NCBI GenBank assembly: GCA_964447525.1
Contig: CAYUSU010000002.1
Span: 23,362 to 82,295 of the forward strand
Reading direction: 5' to 3'
Source of the DNA: an uncultured archaeon
Lineage (GTDB): Archaea; Aenigmatarchaeota; Aenigmatarchaeia; QMZP01; QMZT01
DNA: 58,934 nt
The notes beneath the pieces are model-generated. The model was not told the DNA's origin, made no database searches, and was given only the letters and a program-made list of their open reading frames with translations. Shown in pieces: positions 9,351 to 19,030 of this stretch. Positions within the stretch are counted from its first letter, which is position 1. Each line of letters opens with the position of its first letter. A program made the translations under genes and the position numbers.

Positions 9351-10907
9351 TTATTTTTTCGCGTTCTTCCAGAGAAAATGGAAATACTTCCTATAATCAT
9401 TCGCAACCTTTAGGTTTTTAGTCATGAAAACTATCTGATCATCCCATAAAACCTGAGCGACGTAATCACTGAATATCCATATAACCATGGGACTGGAGAA
9501 CTCCTCCGGTAGATACCTGACATTCAAATTTTGAAGTTTGCCGAAAGAGGTTTTTCTCGTTTTTTCAATTGCCAGATGATATCTTTTGATCCCTGCGTTC
9601 ATTCTCCTTTCTTCGAATTCATTAAAGAAATCAGGATTGTTTTTCATTAAAATCCCATTGGCTCCGATGAGATACATATCCTTCCCGGTTTTCAGTACCT
9701 CATCACAAAGATCAACTATTCCCCCGTGTCCTTTCAATGTGTAGGTGTCTCTTTCCCACAGTGTGTTGAAATAATTCAAGAAACCTTTGGTTATATTTTT
9801 ATTTTCGATCTCGAAAGCAGCCGGTTCCTTTTCCCATATGAAGATTATAGACTTGTTTTTGTAGATGTTTATCTGCACCGGGTTTTCAAGATTTTCCGGC
9901 ATGAATTTTATCTTGCTCAGTTTGAAGTTTTCATCTCCAGCTTTGCTGATTTCACTGATTATATCCTTCCTTCTTTTCGGATCAAAAAGCAGTTTCACTT
10001 TGACTCCTCTTTCCAGCCTCTTTTTGTGATATTCGATAAACCATTCCTTCATTCCGGAAATCTTTTCATACCCATAATTGGCCCCCAGGACAAAATATTC
10101 TTCACCGTTCCTCATTTTTAGCATTTCCCTCTCGAAAAGTTCAAAAACCTGTTTTGAGCCCTTGTGTACCTTTATGTCTTGGTTCCAGAAAACCTCGAAG
10201 TATTTCCTAAATGAGTCCGCGACATTTTCGTTTTCAATGACAAAAGCAGATGGTTTGTTTCCGTGTACTATTATGGCTGTTTTATCCCCGAATATGTTGA
10301 CTTCAGCCGGTGTCATGTACTCTTTTGGGATGGTTTTGATCGAAGTGTTCGGGATTTTTTTGTAATCATCGATGAATTTTTTTGAGTTCTCGCTGAATAT
10401 TATTTTAAGAGGAATTCCTTTGTTCGCCCTCCTCTTTTCATAATTTCTGAAAAAATTCCTGAAAGACATTGCTTCTTCAGAGGCCCCGAAAACAAGATAA
10501 TCCTCTCCCTTGTTAAGGGTTTTAATTGCATCCTCATAAACAGTTTTGACACCTTTTTTCCCTTCGTATACATGTGCTTCCTGTTTGTTTTTCGAAAGAT
10601 CCTTTTTCTTTTTAAGTCGCGGAAGAATTTCTCTTAATCTTTGTTCCTTTTCCTTCATTGAATCAAGAAATTTCTCCGGATCAGTCGCTTCAAAATACCT
10701 CTTCCCTCCCTTTATCACATAATTGACCATTCCCATTTCCAGAAGCCTTCTTATCATCTCGTATGTAGTGCTCCTGTGAAATTTTATCTTCTTCGCTATC
10801 ATTCCCGCTGTTGTTGAACCCGTCTCAAGAAGGGTCAGATAGACCTTAGCTTCCTTTTCCGTCAGGCCAATGAATTCCAAGACTTCTTTCTCCATTCCCT
10901 CTTCCAT
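9351..10907 (-). CDS. TrmB-family transcriptional regulator with triplicated C-terminal domain
   Basis: N-terminal TrmB wHTH (LTEKEAKVYLTLLETGSTTAGMIAKKIKFHRSTTYEMIRRL). It is followed by three ~135-aa units, each ending F[RL].YF..[FL]W. The track start at 10946 is TTG and ATG candidates lie at 10907 and 10895. Confidence 0.8.
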   Translation of the reverse strand: MEEGMEKEVLEFIGLTEKEAKVYLTLLETGSTTAGMIAKKIKFHRSTTYEMIRRLLEMGMVNYVIKGGKRYFEATDPEKFLDSMKEKEQRLREILPRLKKKKDLSKNKQEAHVYEGKKGVKTVYEDAIKTLNKGEDYLVFGASEEAMSFRNFFRNYEKRRANKGIPLKIIFSENSKKFIDDYKKIPNTSIKTIPKEYMTPAEVNIFGDKTAIIVHGNKPSAFVIENENVADSFRKYFEVFWNQDIKVHKGSKQVFELFEREMLKMRNGEEYFVLGANYGYEKISGMKEWFIEYHKKRLERGVKVKLLFDPKRRKDIISEISKAGDENFKLSKIKFMPENLENPVQINIYKNKSIIFIWEKEPAAFEIENKNITKGFLNYFNTLWERDTYTLKGHGGIVDLCDEVLKTGKDMYLIGANGILMKNNPDFFNEFEERRMNAGIKRYHLAIEKTRKTSFGKLQNLNVRYLPEEFSSPMVIWIFSDYVAQVLWDDQIVFMTKNLKVANDYRKYFHFLWKNAKK

Positions 10908-11010
10908 GATTATTCTTTCACATGAAAACTTAAAAGTGTTGTACAAAATTGGACTACAAATATTTATATGACAAGAAAATAAGGATTAATTACCACTAAA
11001 AAGTAGATAA

Positions 11011-11289
11011 ATGAATGTGGTTGAATATGGAGGTGATTATATGGGAAATAATTTGGGCAGCGGGATATGGTTGGCTGGTATTCACAATAAAGAAGTAAAA
11101 GATTATATCGAGTCAGGACTGAGTAATTATGCTAAATGGACCGAATATATCGGGAGTAATGAATTCCAAGATTTTATTCAAAAAAGCATAACACTGGGCA
11201 TTAACGCAGCAGATAATCGCGGTATTGATGTTACGGAATATAGAGAAAAACTTAATAATTTGATCGAAATGGATAAGGAGATGATATGA
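11011..11289 (+). CDS. hypothetical protein
   Basis: 92-aa ORF whose stop overlaps the next start (ATGA at 11286). No recognisable domain. Confidence 0.35.
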   Translation: MNVVEYGGDYMGNNLGSGIWLAGIHNKEVKDYIESGLSNYAKWTEYIGSNEFQDFIQKSITLGINAADNRGIDVTEYREKLNNLIEMDKEMI

Positions 11290-11978
11290 TGGACGCGCAA
11301 TCACCACAAGGTACAACACAGCAGATAGCAAACCAGAACGTGAATCCCAAATACGCAGAAGTGAGAATAATCGACGACGTAGGAGTTTCAGTAGGGACAG
11401 GATTCAATAGCGATGGTTGGATAAAAGGACCGATAGTAAAAGCAGGTGGTACGAGCAGCGCAATGGGGCTCAGACTTGACCATTATTTAAACGGCAATGA
11501 CATTTCCCCAAATGCCTGGTGGGGAGAGCATGATCTCAGTGTTAGCCAACTCATGGATATGTGCGTTTCCCCGAATGTGAAAGTAGAATGGGATCAGGGA
11601 TCAGGGGACATACTCGCAAGACTTGGTCTCAGAACCAAAAACTTTGAATACGGACCACTGAGCGGAAGCATGTGTTTGTATCCTTGGTCGTCCAATCCAC
11701 AGATGGACGGAGGAACCGATACCGGAAATCCAGAGAACCAGGTTCATGTTAATCTGGGTGTTGATCTTGGGAAGGGTTACATGTTCAATGGGATGTTCCG
11801 TCATCATTCCAGCAGGACGACTGAAGGAAATTTTAAGAATGTGTGGGGGGCTGGTGTGAAAAAGAAGTTCAAAAACGGAATGTCTGCTGAGGTATGCGGA
11901 AGAAAATATCCTGACAAGAGAAAAAACGTATACGTGAACCTGAGTATCCCGGTAAGCAAATATATAGGAAACCGTTGA
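11286..11978 (+). CDS. hypothetical protein (paralogous N-terminus to 9036..9350)
   Basis: 230 aa and Gly/Asn-rich. It is translationally coupled to the upstream ORF and has no recognisable domain. Confidence 0.5.
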   Translation: MMDAQSPQGTTQQIANQNVNPKYAEVRIIDDVGVSVGTGFNSDGWIKGPIVKAGGTSSAMGLRLDHYLNGNDISPNAWWGEHDLSVSQLMDMCVSPNVKVEWDQGSGDILARLGLRTKNFEYGPLSGSMCLYPWSSNPQMDGGTDTGNPENQVHVNLGVDLGKGYMFNGMFRHHSSRTTEGNFKNVWGAGVKKKFKNGMSAEVCGRKYPDKRKNVYVNLSIPVSKYIGNR

Positions 11979-11991
11979 TTTTTTATCCGAT

Positions 11992-13194
11992 TTATTTTCC
12001 AAAAAGAATCTCAACTACCTCTCCATCCGATAGCTGGTAATCCGCACCTATCTTCATTCTTTTCTTGAAGTCTATCCCGCCGATGAACTTGTCGGCCATT
12101 TCAGTGTGGACCTTTCCCGCGAACTCCTTGAGGGTGATCTTGTCCGGGACGAGCAACGCATCTGGAAGGACTTTCCCTTTCTTGTCCGTGAGGTGGTTGA
12201 TGTTTGCGACAGGGTAGGCAACTATATAATTCAGAAGCTTGAACACCGCTGCGTCCAGACATTCTTGGACGCCCGTTGACCCGAATTTATCCAGCACGTT
12301 CTTCTTAACGAAATCGAGGCCCATCTTCTGCTTTTCATTCAGACCGTCCTGGTTCTTTACATCGAAACCCTTCTCACCGGGCGTGTAACCGATCAGTTCG
12401 TGTTGTGCGGCTTCCTTGAGCGCGAGCTCGCTCTCTGCTGAACAAGGAATGATTATGTAATCAGGGAATTTCTCCTTCAATCGCTTCAGATTCTCCTCAG
12501 AACCCGGAACGTCTATCTTGTTTGCCGCAATGATCATTTTCTTCGAGAGCTTCCTGAGTTCGAAAGCGAAACTTCTCAGATCTTCATCCGTCCACTGGGC
12601 CGGAGTCTCTGCGTTCATCCCGGATATTCTTATAGCCTGCGAAACCTGACTTTCCGTGATCTTCAACCCTGAGAACTGGATGGTAAGTGATTCGACCAGC
12701 TTCTTCTTCTGCATCTCAACATCCTTCGAGAACTTTCCCCAGTTCTTCTTCAGAAGTCCGAAGAACCATTCACCTATCTCCGTCTCCAGGAATTCCACGT
12801 CATTCGCCGGGTCATACGTTCCTTTCCCCACTGATTCGCCTTGATCATTGGTTGATCCTGAAACATCAATAACGTGGATGAATGCATCGGCTTGTCTCAG
12901 GTCGTCCAAGAATTGCAGTCCAAGACCTTTCCCTTCATGCGCTCCAGGGACCAGACCAGCGACGTCCAGCATCTCGACTGGAATGAATCTTATTCCATCC
13001 TTGCAATACCCATGATTAGGATTGCATTTCCCTTGAATATTCTTCTCCGGACATTCCGCCTTGACAAATCCGACTGCGTGGTTTGGTTTGATGGTCGTGA
13101 AGACTCGATTTGATATTTCCACGTTTGCTAATGTGGTGGCTTTAAAAAAAGTACTTTTACCAGTATTTGTCTTGCCCACGATTCCTATCAACAT
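11992..13194 (-). CDS. OBG/YchF-type GTPase with C-terminal TGS-like domain
   Basis: P-loop GIVGKTNTGKST, G2 TT, G3 DVAGLV and NKID G4. The C-terminal beta-grasp-like end is DGEVVEILFGK. Confidence 0.85.
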   Translation of the reverse strand: MLIGIVGKTNTGKSTFFKATTLANVEISNRVFTTIKPNHAVGFVKAECPEKNIQGKCNPNHGYCKDGIRFIPVEMLDVAGLVPGAHEGKGLGLQFLDDLRQADAFIHVIDVSGSTNDQGESVGKGTYDPANDVEFLETEIGEWFFGLLKKNWGKFSKDVEMQKKKLVESLTIQFSGLKITESQVSQAIRISGMNAETPAQWTDEDLRSFAFELRKLSKKMIIAANKIDVPGSEENLKRLKEKFPDYIIIPCSAESELALKEAAQHELIGYTPGEKGFDVKNQDGLNEKQKMGLDFVKKNVLDKFGSTGVQECLDAAVFKLLNYIVAYPVANINHLTDKKGKVLPDALLVPDKITLKEFAGKVHTEMADKFIGGIDFKKRMKIGADYQLSDGEVVEILFGK

Positions 13195-13210
13195 GTTATC
13201 ACTTTAATTT

Positions 13211-13819
13211 CTATTCAAAACTTAAAATCTTTACCTGTGCGTCATCATTTCCGGATACTGGGTAATTGCTGAACTCTTTCAGGAGATTTTTTTCTTTCTG
13301 AACCCTGAGTATACCTTCGGCCGTGTATTTCGCTCCCCTCAGAGCGTTGTGAGGATCAGGCTCCGGTGGCATTCCAAGCGAAATCATTATTTCGTTAAGG
13401 CTGAACAAAAGGATGCCTTCATACATCGATTTGTTTATGCCCATCTTTTCGCAGAAAATGTCATGGAGATCCAGAACATCATCGGAAAACGGGAAAGTGA
13501 GCTTGAATCTGTCCGCGGTGGCCTTGAGGAATGAGTAATCGAATCTGGTGTAATAACCTCCGAGCTTTCGGGATTTGATCTTTCCGGCCCAGTCCAAAAA
13601 TTCAGAAAGGAGTTCGCCCGGTGTTTTGGTGTTCTTTTTGATTTGTTCCATCTTGAAACCGTTGATCTTGAGGGCGGTCTTGCTGATGGATGCTCCTTTC
13701 CATATCCCACACTCTCCGTAGAACTGGTTTTCCGGATTTTCGAAGTCAATCGCGCCTATGCTCAAAATAGAATTCCTTATCGGATCAAGTCCCGTGGTTT
13801 CGACGTCCACTATTATCAT
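13211..13819 (-). CDS. DEDDh-type 3'-5' exonuclease (DnaQ-like)
   Basis: ExoI MIIVDVETTGLDP, ExoII GYYTRFDYSFL and ExoIII DPHNALRGAKYTAE. Confidence 0.75.
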   Translation of the reverse strand: MIIVDVETTGLDPIRNSILSIGAIDFENPENQFYGECGIWKGASISKTALKINGFKMEQIKKNTKTPGELLSEFLDWAGKIKSRKLGGYYTRFDYSFLKATADRFKLTFPFSDDVLDLHDIFCEKMGINKSMYEGILLFSLNEIMISLGMPPEPDPHNALRGAKYTAEGILRVQKEKNLLKEFSNYPVSGNDDAQVKILSFE

Positions 13820-16474
13820 TTAACAGACCTTCCCTTCCATACCGTTGTCAACCGTAACATCCCCTTCGGACGTCTTCAGTTTCTTTCCCTTGTAAAAAAC
13901 ACCATCTTTCTTCGCAAGTATTTCGAGGTTCCAGAATTCCTTGATATCTACGACCTTCGAAGGTTTTTTATCGATCCCGTCCGCAAAAACGCTCGTTCCG
14001 GGTTTAGAATCGCTGGTCAGCAGACCTATCTTCCCTCCACCTTCGACCGCGAGAAGCATACCATTAGATTCTTCACCCCGCAAATTCGCAGGTTTTAGAT
14101 TGGAAAGAATAACAAGTTTCTTCCCTTCCAGTTCTTCCTTCTTGTAATAAGGCTTTATGCTGGCAACTATCTGGCGTTTTTCCGAACCGATATCTATCTT
14201 TAGCTTGTACAACTTGTCTGCGTTTGGATGGTCTTCCACCGAAACAATCTTGGCGACTTTCAGGTCTAGCGAGGAGAAAGGTTCTTCGTTCTCTTCCTCC
14301 TTAAGGATTTCGTACGAACCCCCGCAGATTTTCTTTATCAGTTCGCACATAGCCCTGAGGGAATCCTCCAAATATTTGTCGCTCGTTTCCTTGTTTCCTT
14401 GGACGTAAAGGAATATATTCCTGGAACCCTTGTCTATTTTCGTGTGTTCTCCCTGTTTGACTTCGAGTTTGCACATCACGTTCTGATCATCGACAACCAC
14501 GTATTCCCCTTTGTTGATTTTTTCCTTCTCCTTTGTTCCGAGAGGAACGTAATTTTCGCTTCCGTCCGCTATCTTCAGGTGGACGTTGCCCTTGATCTTT
14601 GAAACATCATGAGCTCCTGCCGCTATCGAATGTTTGCATGCGATCATGTTATATGCGTCAACAACAGCATTTATCGTTGGGAATTTCCCGATCTTCTTCA
14701 CTATCTGATGGAGATGCATTATCGGGTTTTCTGCCTTTATTCCGACCTTCGCGTACAGTTCCTCGTATGCCTTTATGATCTTGTCTTTCGAAAGATCTCT
14801 GCTGGCGAACTCCTTGGAAAAGCCATCCTTCATCTTTTCGAGTTCTCCCGCCTTTGATCTAACGTTAATATCTTTCAGTAAAGCGGCACGGAAGTTGATA
14901 CCGAGATTTTTTACGTCAGAAGTAACTTCATAATTTACTTTCTTCACTTCTGTTTTTTCAGGTTCCTTCTTATCGATATTTCTCAACACTATGGCAGGTT
15001 CACCGATTTTATGATCTTTGATTTCCTTCCCCAGATCACTACATCCGAGATCCTTGAGATTCAGCTGCTTCTCGATGGATTCGCAGAAATCCGGGATGAC
15101 AGGCTTAAGAAGAATTATGATGTTCTTGGCTATGTTTGCGGCGAGAGCAAGGACTTCGTCGCATCTTTTCTTGTCATTTCTGGCGAGCACCCATGGCTGG
15201 CTTTCCTGGAAGTATCCGTTCCCTATATCCCCTATCTCCAAAACGGTCCTGAGGGCCTTGTCCAGTTTCAACCCTTCGAAGGCGCTTTCAACTTCCTTTA
15301 CCTTACCCTTGACGAGATCGATCGTTTTCTTATCCTTACTCGCATTGATAGACTTTATCTCAGAACCCGTCTTTTTCACGAACGACAGCGTCCGGTAACA
15401 GAAGTTCGCGATGTTCGAAACAAGCTCGTTGTTCACCCTTTCTATCATTTCATCCACCGAGAAATCTCCGTCATCCCCGAACGGAATATTTCTAATGAGG
15501 AAGTATCTCAATGAGTCCGAGGAATATTCCTTTGCCAAATATATCGGATCAATCACATTACCCAACGATTTGGACATCTTCTGTCCGTTGACCGTAAGGA
15601 AGCCATGGACTATGATCTTTTTCGGAAGCGGTATTCCAGCACCCAATAACATGCCTGGCCATATTCCCGCGTGGAATCTTAGCATATCCTTTCCAACCGC
15701 ATGGATGTTCGCTGGCCAGAACTTCGTATACTTCTTGTCCGGGAATCCGACCCCCGTGAGATAATTGGTCAAAGCATCGCACCAAACATACATTACCTGG
15801 TTCTCATCTCCTGGAACCGGAACACCCCACGGAAGATGCTTCTTGTCCCTCGAAAAGCTCACGTCCGTCAGTCCTTCTTCGATCAGTCCCAAAAAGTCAT
15901 TCTTCCATTTCTCTGGGTAAATTTCCAATTGATCAGATTTGACAAGTTCCCTGATCCTGTCCGAGTATTTGGAAAGCTTGAAAAAATAATTCTCCTCTGC
16001 GATCTTCTGTATCTCCAGACTGGGGTGATTTGGGCACTTCCCATCTTCCAGATCTTTTTCCGTGATGAATCTCTCGCACCCGGAACAGTAAAATCCTTCG
16101 TATTTCTTCTTGTAGATATCCCCTTTATCGGCCAGTGTTTTCCAGATTTCCAGCACTCCCGGCCAGTGGACCTTCTGATCAGTCGTGCGAATAAAGTATG
16201 AACTGGATATGTTCAATGCTTTTGTCAGCTCCCGGAAAAAAGCGGAATTTTTGTCCACAAAAGCTTGGGGTGTTAATCCCTGTTTCTTTGCGGTCTGGTA
16301 ATTCTTGGTTCCGTGTTCATCGGTTCCCGTAAGGAAAAATACATCACTCCCTTTCAGCCTTTCCAATCGCGCTAATACGTCCGCCTGGATTATTTCTAGA
16401 GCAAAGCCTATATGAGGAGGGGCGTTGGCGTAAGGAATGGTCGTGGTTATATAGAATCCTTTTTTCTCGTTCAT
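13820..16474 (-). CDS. metG: methionine--tRNA ligase with inserted B3/4-like domain and C-terminal Trbp111/EMAP tRNA-binding domain
   Basis: Class I motifs PHIGFA (HIGH) and KMSKS, a Zn knuckle CSGCERF...CPNH and a MetRS anticodon-binding helix bundle. aa ~513-725 resemble the PheRS-beta B3/4 domain. aa ~736-840 are an OB tRNA-binding domain (VEDHPNADKLYKLKIDIG). Confidence 0.9.
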   Translation of the reverse strand: MNEKKGFYITTTIPYANAPPHIGFALEIIQADVLARLERLKGSDVFFLTGTDEHGTKNYQTAKKQGLTPQAFVDKNSAFFRELTKALNISSSYFIRTTDQKVHWPGVLEIWKTLADKGDIYKKKYEGFYCSGCERFITEKDLEDGKCPNHPSLEIQKIAEENYFFKLSKYSDRIRELVKSDQLEIYPEKWKNDFLGLIEEGLTDVSFSRDKKHLPWGVPVPGDENQVMYVWCDALTNYLTGVGFPDKKYTKFWPANIHAVGKDMLRFHAGIWPGMLLGAGIPLPKKIIVHGFLTVNGQKMSKSLGNVIDPIYLAKEYSSDSLRYFLIRNIPFGDDGDFSVDEMIERVNNELVSNIANFCYRTLSFVKKTGSEIKSINASKDKKTIDLVKGKVKEVESAFEGLKLDKALRTVLEIGDIGNGYFQESQPWVLARNDKKRCDEVLALAANIAKNIIILLKPVIPDFCESIEKQLNLKDLGCSDLGKEIKDHKIGEPAIVLRNIDKKEPEKTEVKKVNYEVTSDVKNLGINFRAALLKDINVRSKAGELEKMKDGFSKEFASRDLSKDKIIKAYEELYAKVGIKAENPIMHLHQIVKKIGKFPTINAVVDAYNMIACKHSIAAGAHDVSKIKGNVHLKIADGSENYVPLGTKEKEKINKGEYVVVDDQNVMCKLEVKQGEHTKIDKGSRNIFLYVQGNKETSDKYLEDSLRAMCELIKKICGGSYEILKEEENEEPFSSLDLKVAKIVSVEDHPNADKLYKLKIDIGSEKRQIVASIKPYYKKEELEGKKLVILSNLKPANLRGEESNGMLLAVEGGGKIGLLTSDSKPGTSVFADGIDKKPSKVVDIKEFWNLEILAKKDGVFYKGKKLKTSEGDVTVDNGMEGKVC

Positions 16475-16607
16475 TCCAATATTTTGGAATATTATGTTAA
16501 AAATCTATTCTCCGGGAGAACTCCGGAAGAAAATGCATTTTTCTGAACAGATCAATTTTTTAAGAATAACAATTCACTATAAAGATACTTCGAAATCGGG
16601 TGATCTC

Positions 16608-18248
16608 ATGATGGAACAATTACAGGATATGATCAGAAAGGCGACCAGAGCGAAGGAGATTATCGATTCCTGTTCTGACCAGATAAGAGTCGTTTCACAT
16701 TACGACGCTGACGGGATATGTTCGGCTGCGATAATGACTAAGGCGTTGCTTCGGAAGGGAAAGGATTTCCACCTCGCTTTTGTCCAGCAGATAAACGACG
16801 ACATTCTGATGGAGCTGGACGCGGAGAAGAGGAAGGTGATCATATTCCTTGATCTGGGATCGGGATATCTCAATGACATAAAGAACCACATAAAGGATTC
16901 CCGCGTCATCATTTGCGATCATCACCAGCCGGTCGGGGAAGCCGGCGATAACGTTACCGAGATAAATTCCGTATCATCCGGCATCGATGGCAACATTTCC
17001 GGCGCCGGCGTCACTTATCTTCTGGCAAGAACGATGAGCAGCGAGAACATTGATCTCGCCTCGCTGGCGATCGTGGGGGCAATAGGGGATTCCCAGATAG
17101 ATTCCGTGGGGAAGGATTGGAGACTGAACGGGCTTAACATGGAGATTGTCAAGGATGCGGAAAAAAAAGGGAAGCTCAACGTCTCGAAGGGTCTAAGGAT
17201 ATGGGGCAGATACTCGCGGCCGTTACACAAGGCGTTGCAATATTCCATCGATCCGTATATACCGGGAATTTCCGGTTCCGAGTCGGCTTCGGTCCAGTTC
17301 CTCAACGAAATAGGAATTCCTGTAAAGAAGAGCGACGGTGAATGGAACACGATATCTGACCTGACGATTGATCAGCAGAAAAAACTCGCCACAGAAATCA
17401 TAAAAGAGAGGATTCGTGTCAATCACAGTGATCCTGACGTTGTTTTCGGGGATGTGTACGAGCTTCTGGACAAACCCGGAATATTCAGGGACGCCAGCGA
17501 GTTCGCGACCGTACTGAATGCATGCGGGAAGATGGACAACGCAAGCCTAGGGGTTTCCGTCTGCCTGAACAGGCCGGATTCCTTTGAAGAGGTGAAGAAG
17601 GTAGTCGCGAAATACAGAAATGAAATAGGGAAAGCGATATCGTGGATATACCGACAGATAGATGGGAAAACGGACAAGGTAAAGATAATGAAAGGTGTTT
17701 ACATACTCGCCGGTGATGCTATTTCAGAACATTTCATCTCGAATGCCACCTCAACGGTCAGCCATTCCGGAATACTCCCGGACAAGCCGATTTTTGGTCT
17801 TGCTAACGCAGAGAGGGGAATAAAGATATCGGCAAGGATCAGCAAGGAGCTCGTTGATAAAGGAATGCGATTGAACGAGATAATGAACAAGATTGCTTCA
17901 AAATATGGGACGGAAGGCGGAGGTCACATGGCAGCTTCCGGTGCGACCATTCCGGCTGGAAAAGAAGAGGAATTCATACAGATGGCCGAGGAACTGATAC
18001 CCAAACCATCCGAAACGAATGAAGCGAAAGAACCTGAAGAAAAACAGGAAGAGGCTGCGGATAAAGCTAATAAGGATGAGGACGTAATAAAAACAGATAA
18101 CTTTATAATATATGACAACAAAAATAAGGAATTCGAGAGCAGGGAACCTATTGACCTCTCGAAGATAGATATAGAAGGTAATGACAATGGGAATGAAAAG
18201 CAAGCCGAGACTCAAGGAAGAAGAGAAGGTAACGAAGGACACTGCTAA
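16608..18248 (+). CDS. RecJ-like DHH/DHHA1 phosphoesterase (archaeal GAN/Cdc45-like nuclease)
   Basis: DHH motifs VVSHYDADGICSAA, DLG, GDS and DHH (CDHHQP), plus DHHA1 GGGHMAASGA. The start is set at ATG 16608 because the upstream 38 codons cover the divergent promoter region. The C-terminal tail is acidic and low-complexity. Confidence 0.8.
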   Translation: MMEQLQDMIRKATRAKEIIDSCSDQIRVVSHYDADGICSAAIMTKALLRKGKDFHLAFVQQINDDILMELDAEKRKVIIFLDLGSGYLNDIKNHIKDSRVIICDHHQPVGEAGDNVTEINSVSSGIDGNISGAGVTYLLARTMSSENIDLASLAIVGAIGDSQIDSVGKDWRLNGLNMEIVKDAEKKGKLNVSKGLRIWGRYSRPLHKALQYSIDPYIPGISGSESASVQFLNEIGIPVKKSDGEWNTISDLTIDQQKKLATEIIKERIRVNHSDPDVVFGDVYELLDKPGIFRDASEFATVLNACGKMDNASLGVSVCLNRPDSFEEVKKVVAKYRNEIGKAISWIYRQIDGKTDKVKIMKGVYILAGDAISEHFISNATSTVSHSGILPDKPIFGLANAERGIKISARISKELVDKGMRLNEIMNKIASKYGTEGGGHMAASGATIPAGKEEEFIQMAEELIPKPSETNEAKEPEEKQEEAADKANKDEDVIKTDNFIIYDNKNKEFESREPIDLSKIDIEGNDNGNEKQAETQGRREGNEGHC

Positions 18249-19002
18249 AGTAGAAGAAGCCTCGGCCACTGATGTCGAAGAGAAGAAAATAATCATAAAG
18301 AAGTGGAAGGGAAAGGACTGGTTCAACATAATCGCCCCTGAAAACTTCGCTGGAATTTTCCTTGCTCAGACACCCACCACCGATCCAAAAAACATCATGG
18401 GAAGAAATATCGAAGTCTCGGTTTCTGAAATTACCGGCGACAGACACCGGGATAACATGAAGATGAAATTCATGGTTGAAAGGATTGATGGTAAGAACGC
18501 GCACACAAGGTTCAACGGCTTCGAATCGGTAAGGGAACATGTAATGAGAATGATCAGAAAGAGAAACATGAAGGTCCAGATAATTTTCGATTCAACCACT
18601 AAAGACGGGTGGCTCCTTAAGATAACCGCACTTTCGATACTTAACGGGAAAACAACCGCAGACATCCAGAGAAAAGCAAGGAAGATGATGGTCGACATGA
18701 TCAACGAAACCACGGGCGAGGTCACTATTAACGAGTTAATAAGAAAGATAATCAACACCCAGCTCCAGATGCAGATAAAGAAAACCGTGAGCAAGATTTA
18801 TCCTGTCAGGTTCTTTGAGATAGAGAAGATAAGGGTCCTGAAGGCAGGCGAATCAAAAATAGTGGAAGAAAAACCGAAGGAAGTAGTCGAAAAGCCAAAA
18901 GAGATAAAGAAAGAAGAAAAACCAAAAGAAACGAAAGAAAAGAAGGAAACCAAGAAACCGGATAAAAAAGTTGAAAAGAAAACTGCAAAAACAAAGAAAT
19001 GA
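18181..19002 (+). CDS. rps3ae: 30S ribosomal protein eS1 (S3Ae)
   Basis: KKWKGKDWFNIIAPENFAG ... core of S3Ae with a long Lys/Glu-rich C-terminal tail. The start is uncertain because it overlaps the recJ-like 3' end by up to 68 nt. Confidence 0.85.
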   Translation: MTMGMKSKPRLKEEEKVTKDTAKVEEASATDVEEKKIIIKKWKGKDWFNIIAPENFAGIFLAQTPTTDPKNIMGRNIEVSVSEITGDRHRDNMKMKFMVERIDGKNAHTRFNGFESVREHVMRMIRKRNMKVQIIFDSTTKDGWLLKITALSILNGKTTADIQRKARKMMVDMINETTGEVTINELIRKIINTQLQMQIKKTVSKIYPVRFFEIEKIRVLKAGESKIVEEKPKEVVEKPKEIKKEEKPKETKEKKETKKPDKKVEKKTAKTKK

Positions 19003-19030
19003 TTTTATTCTATCAATACAAACGAATAAC

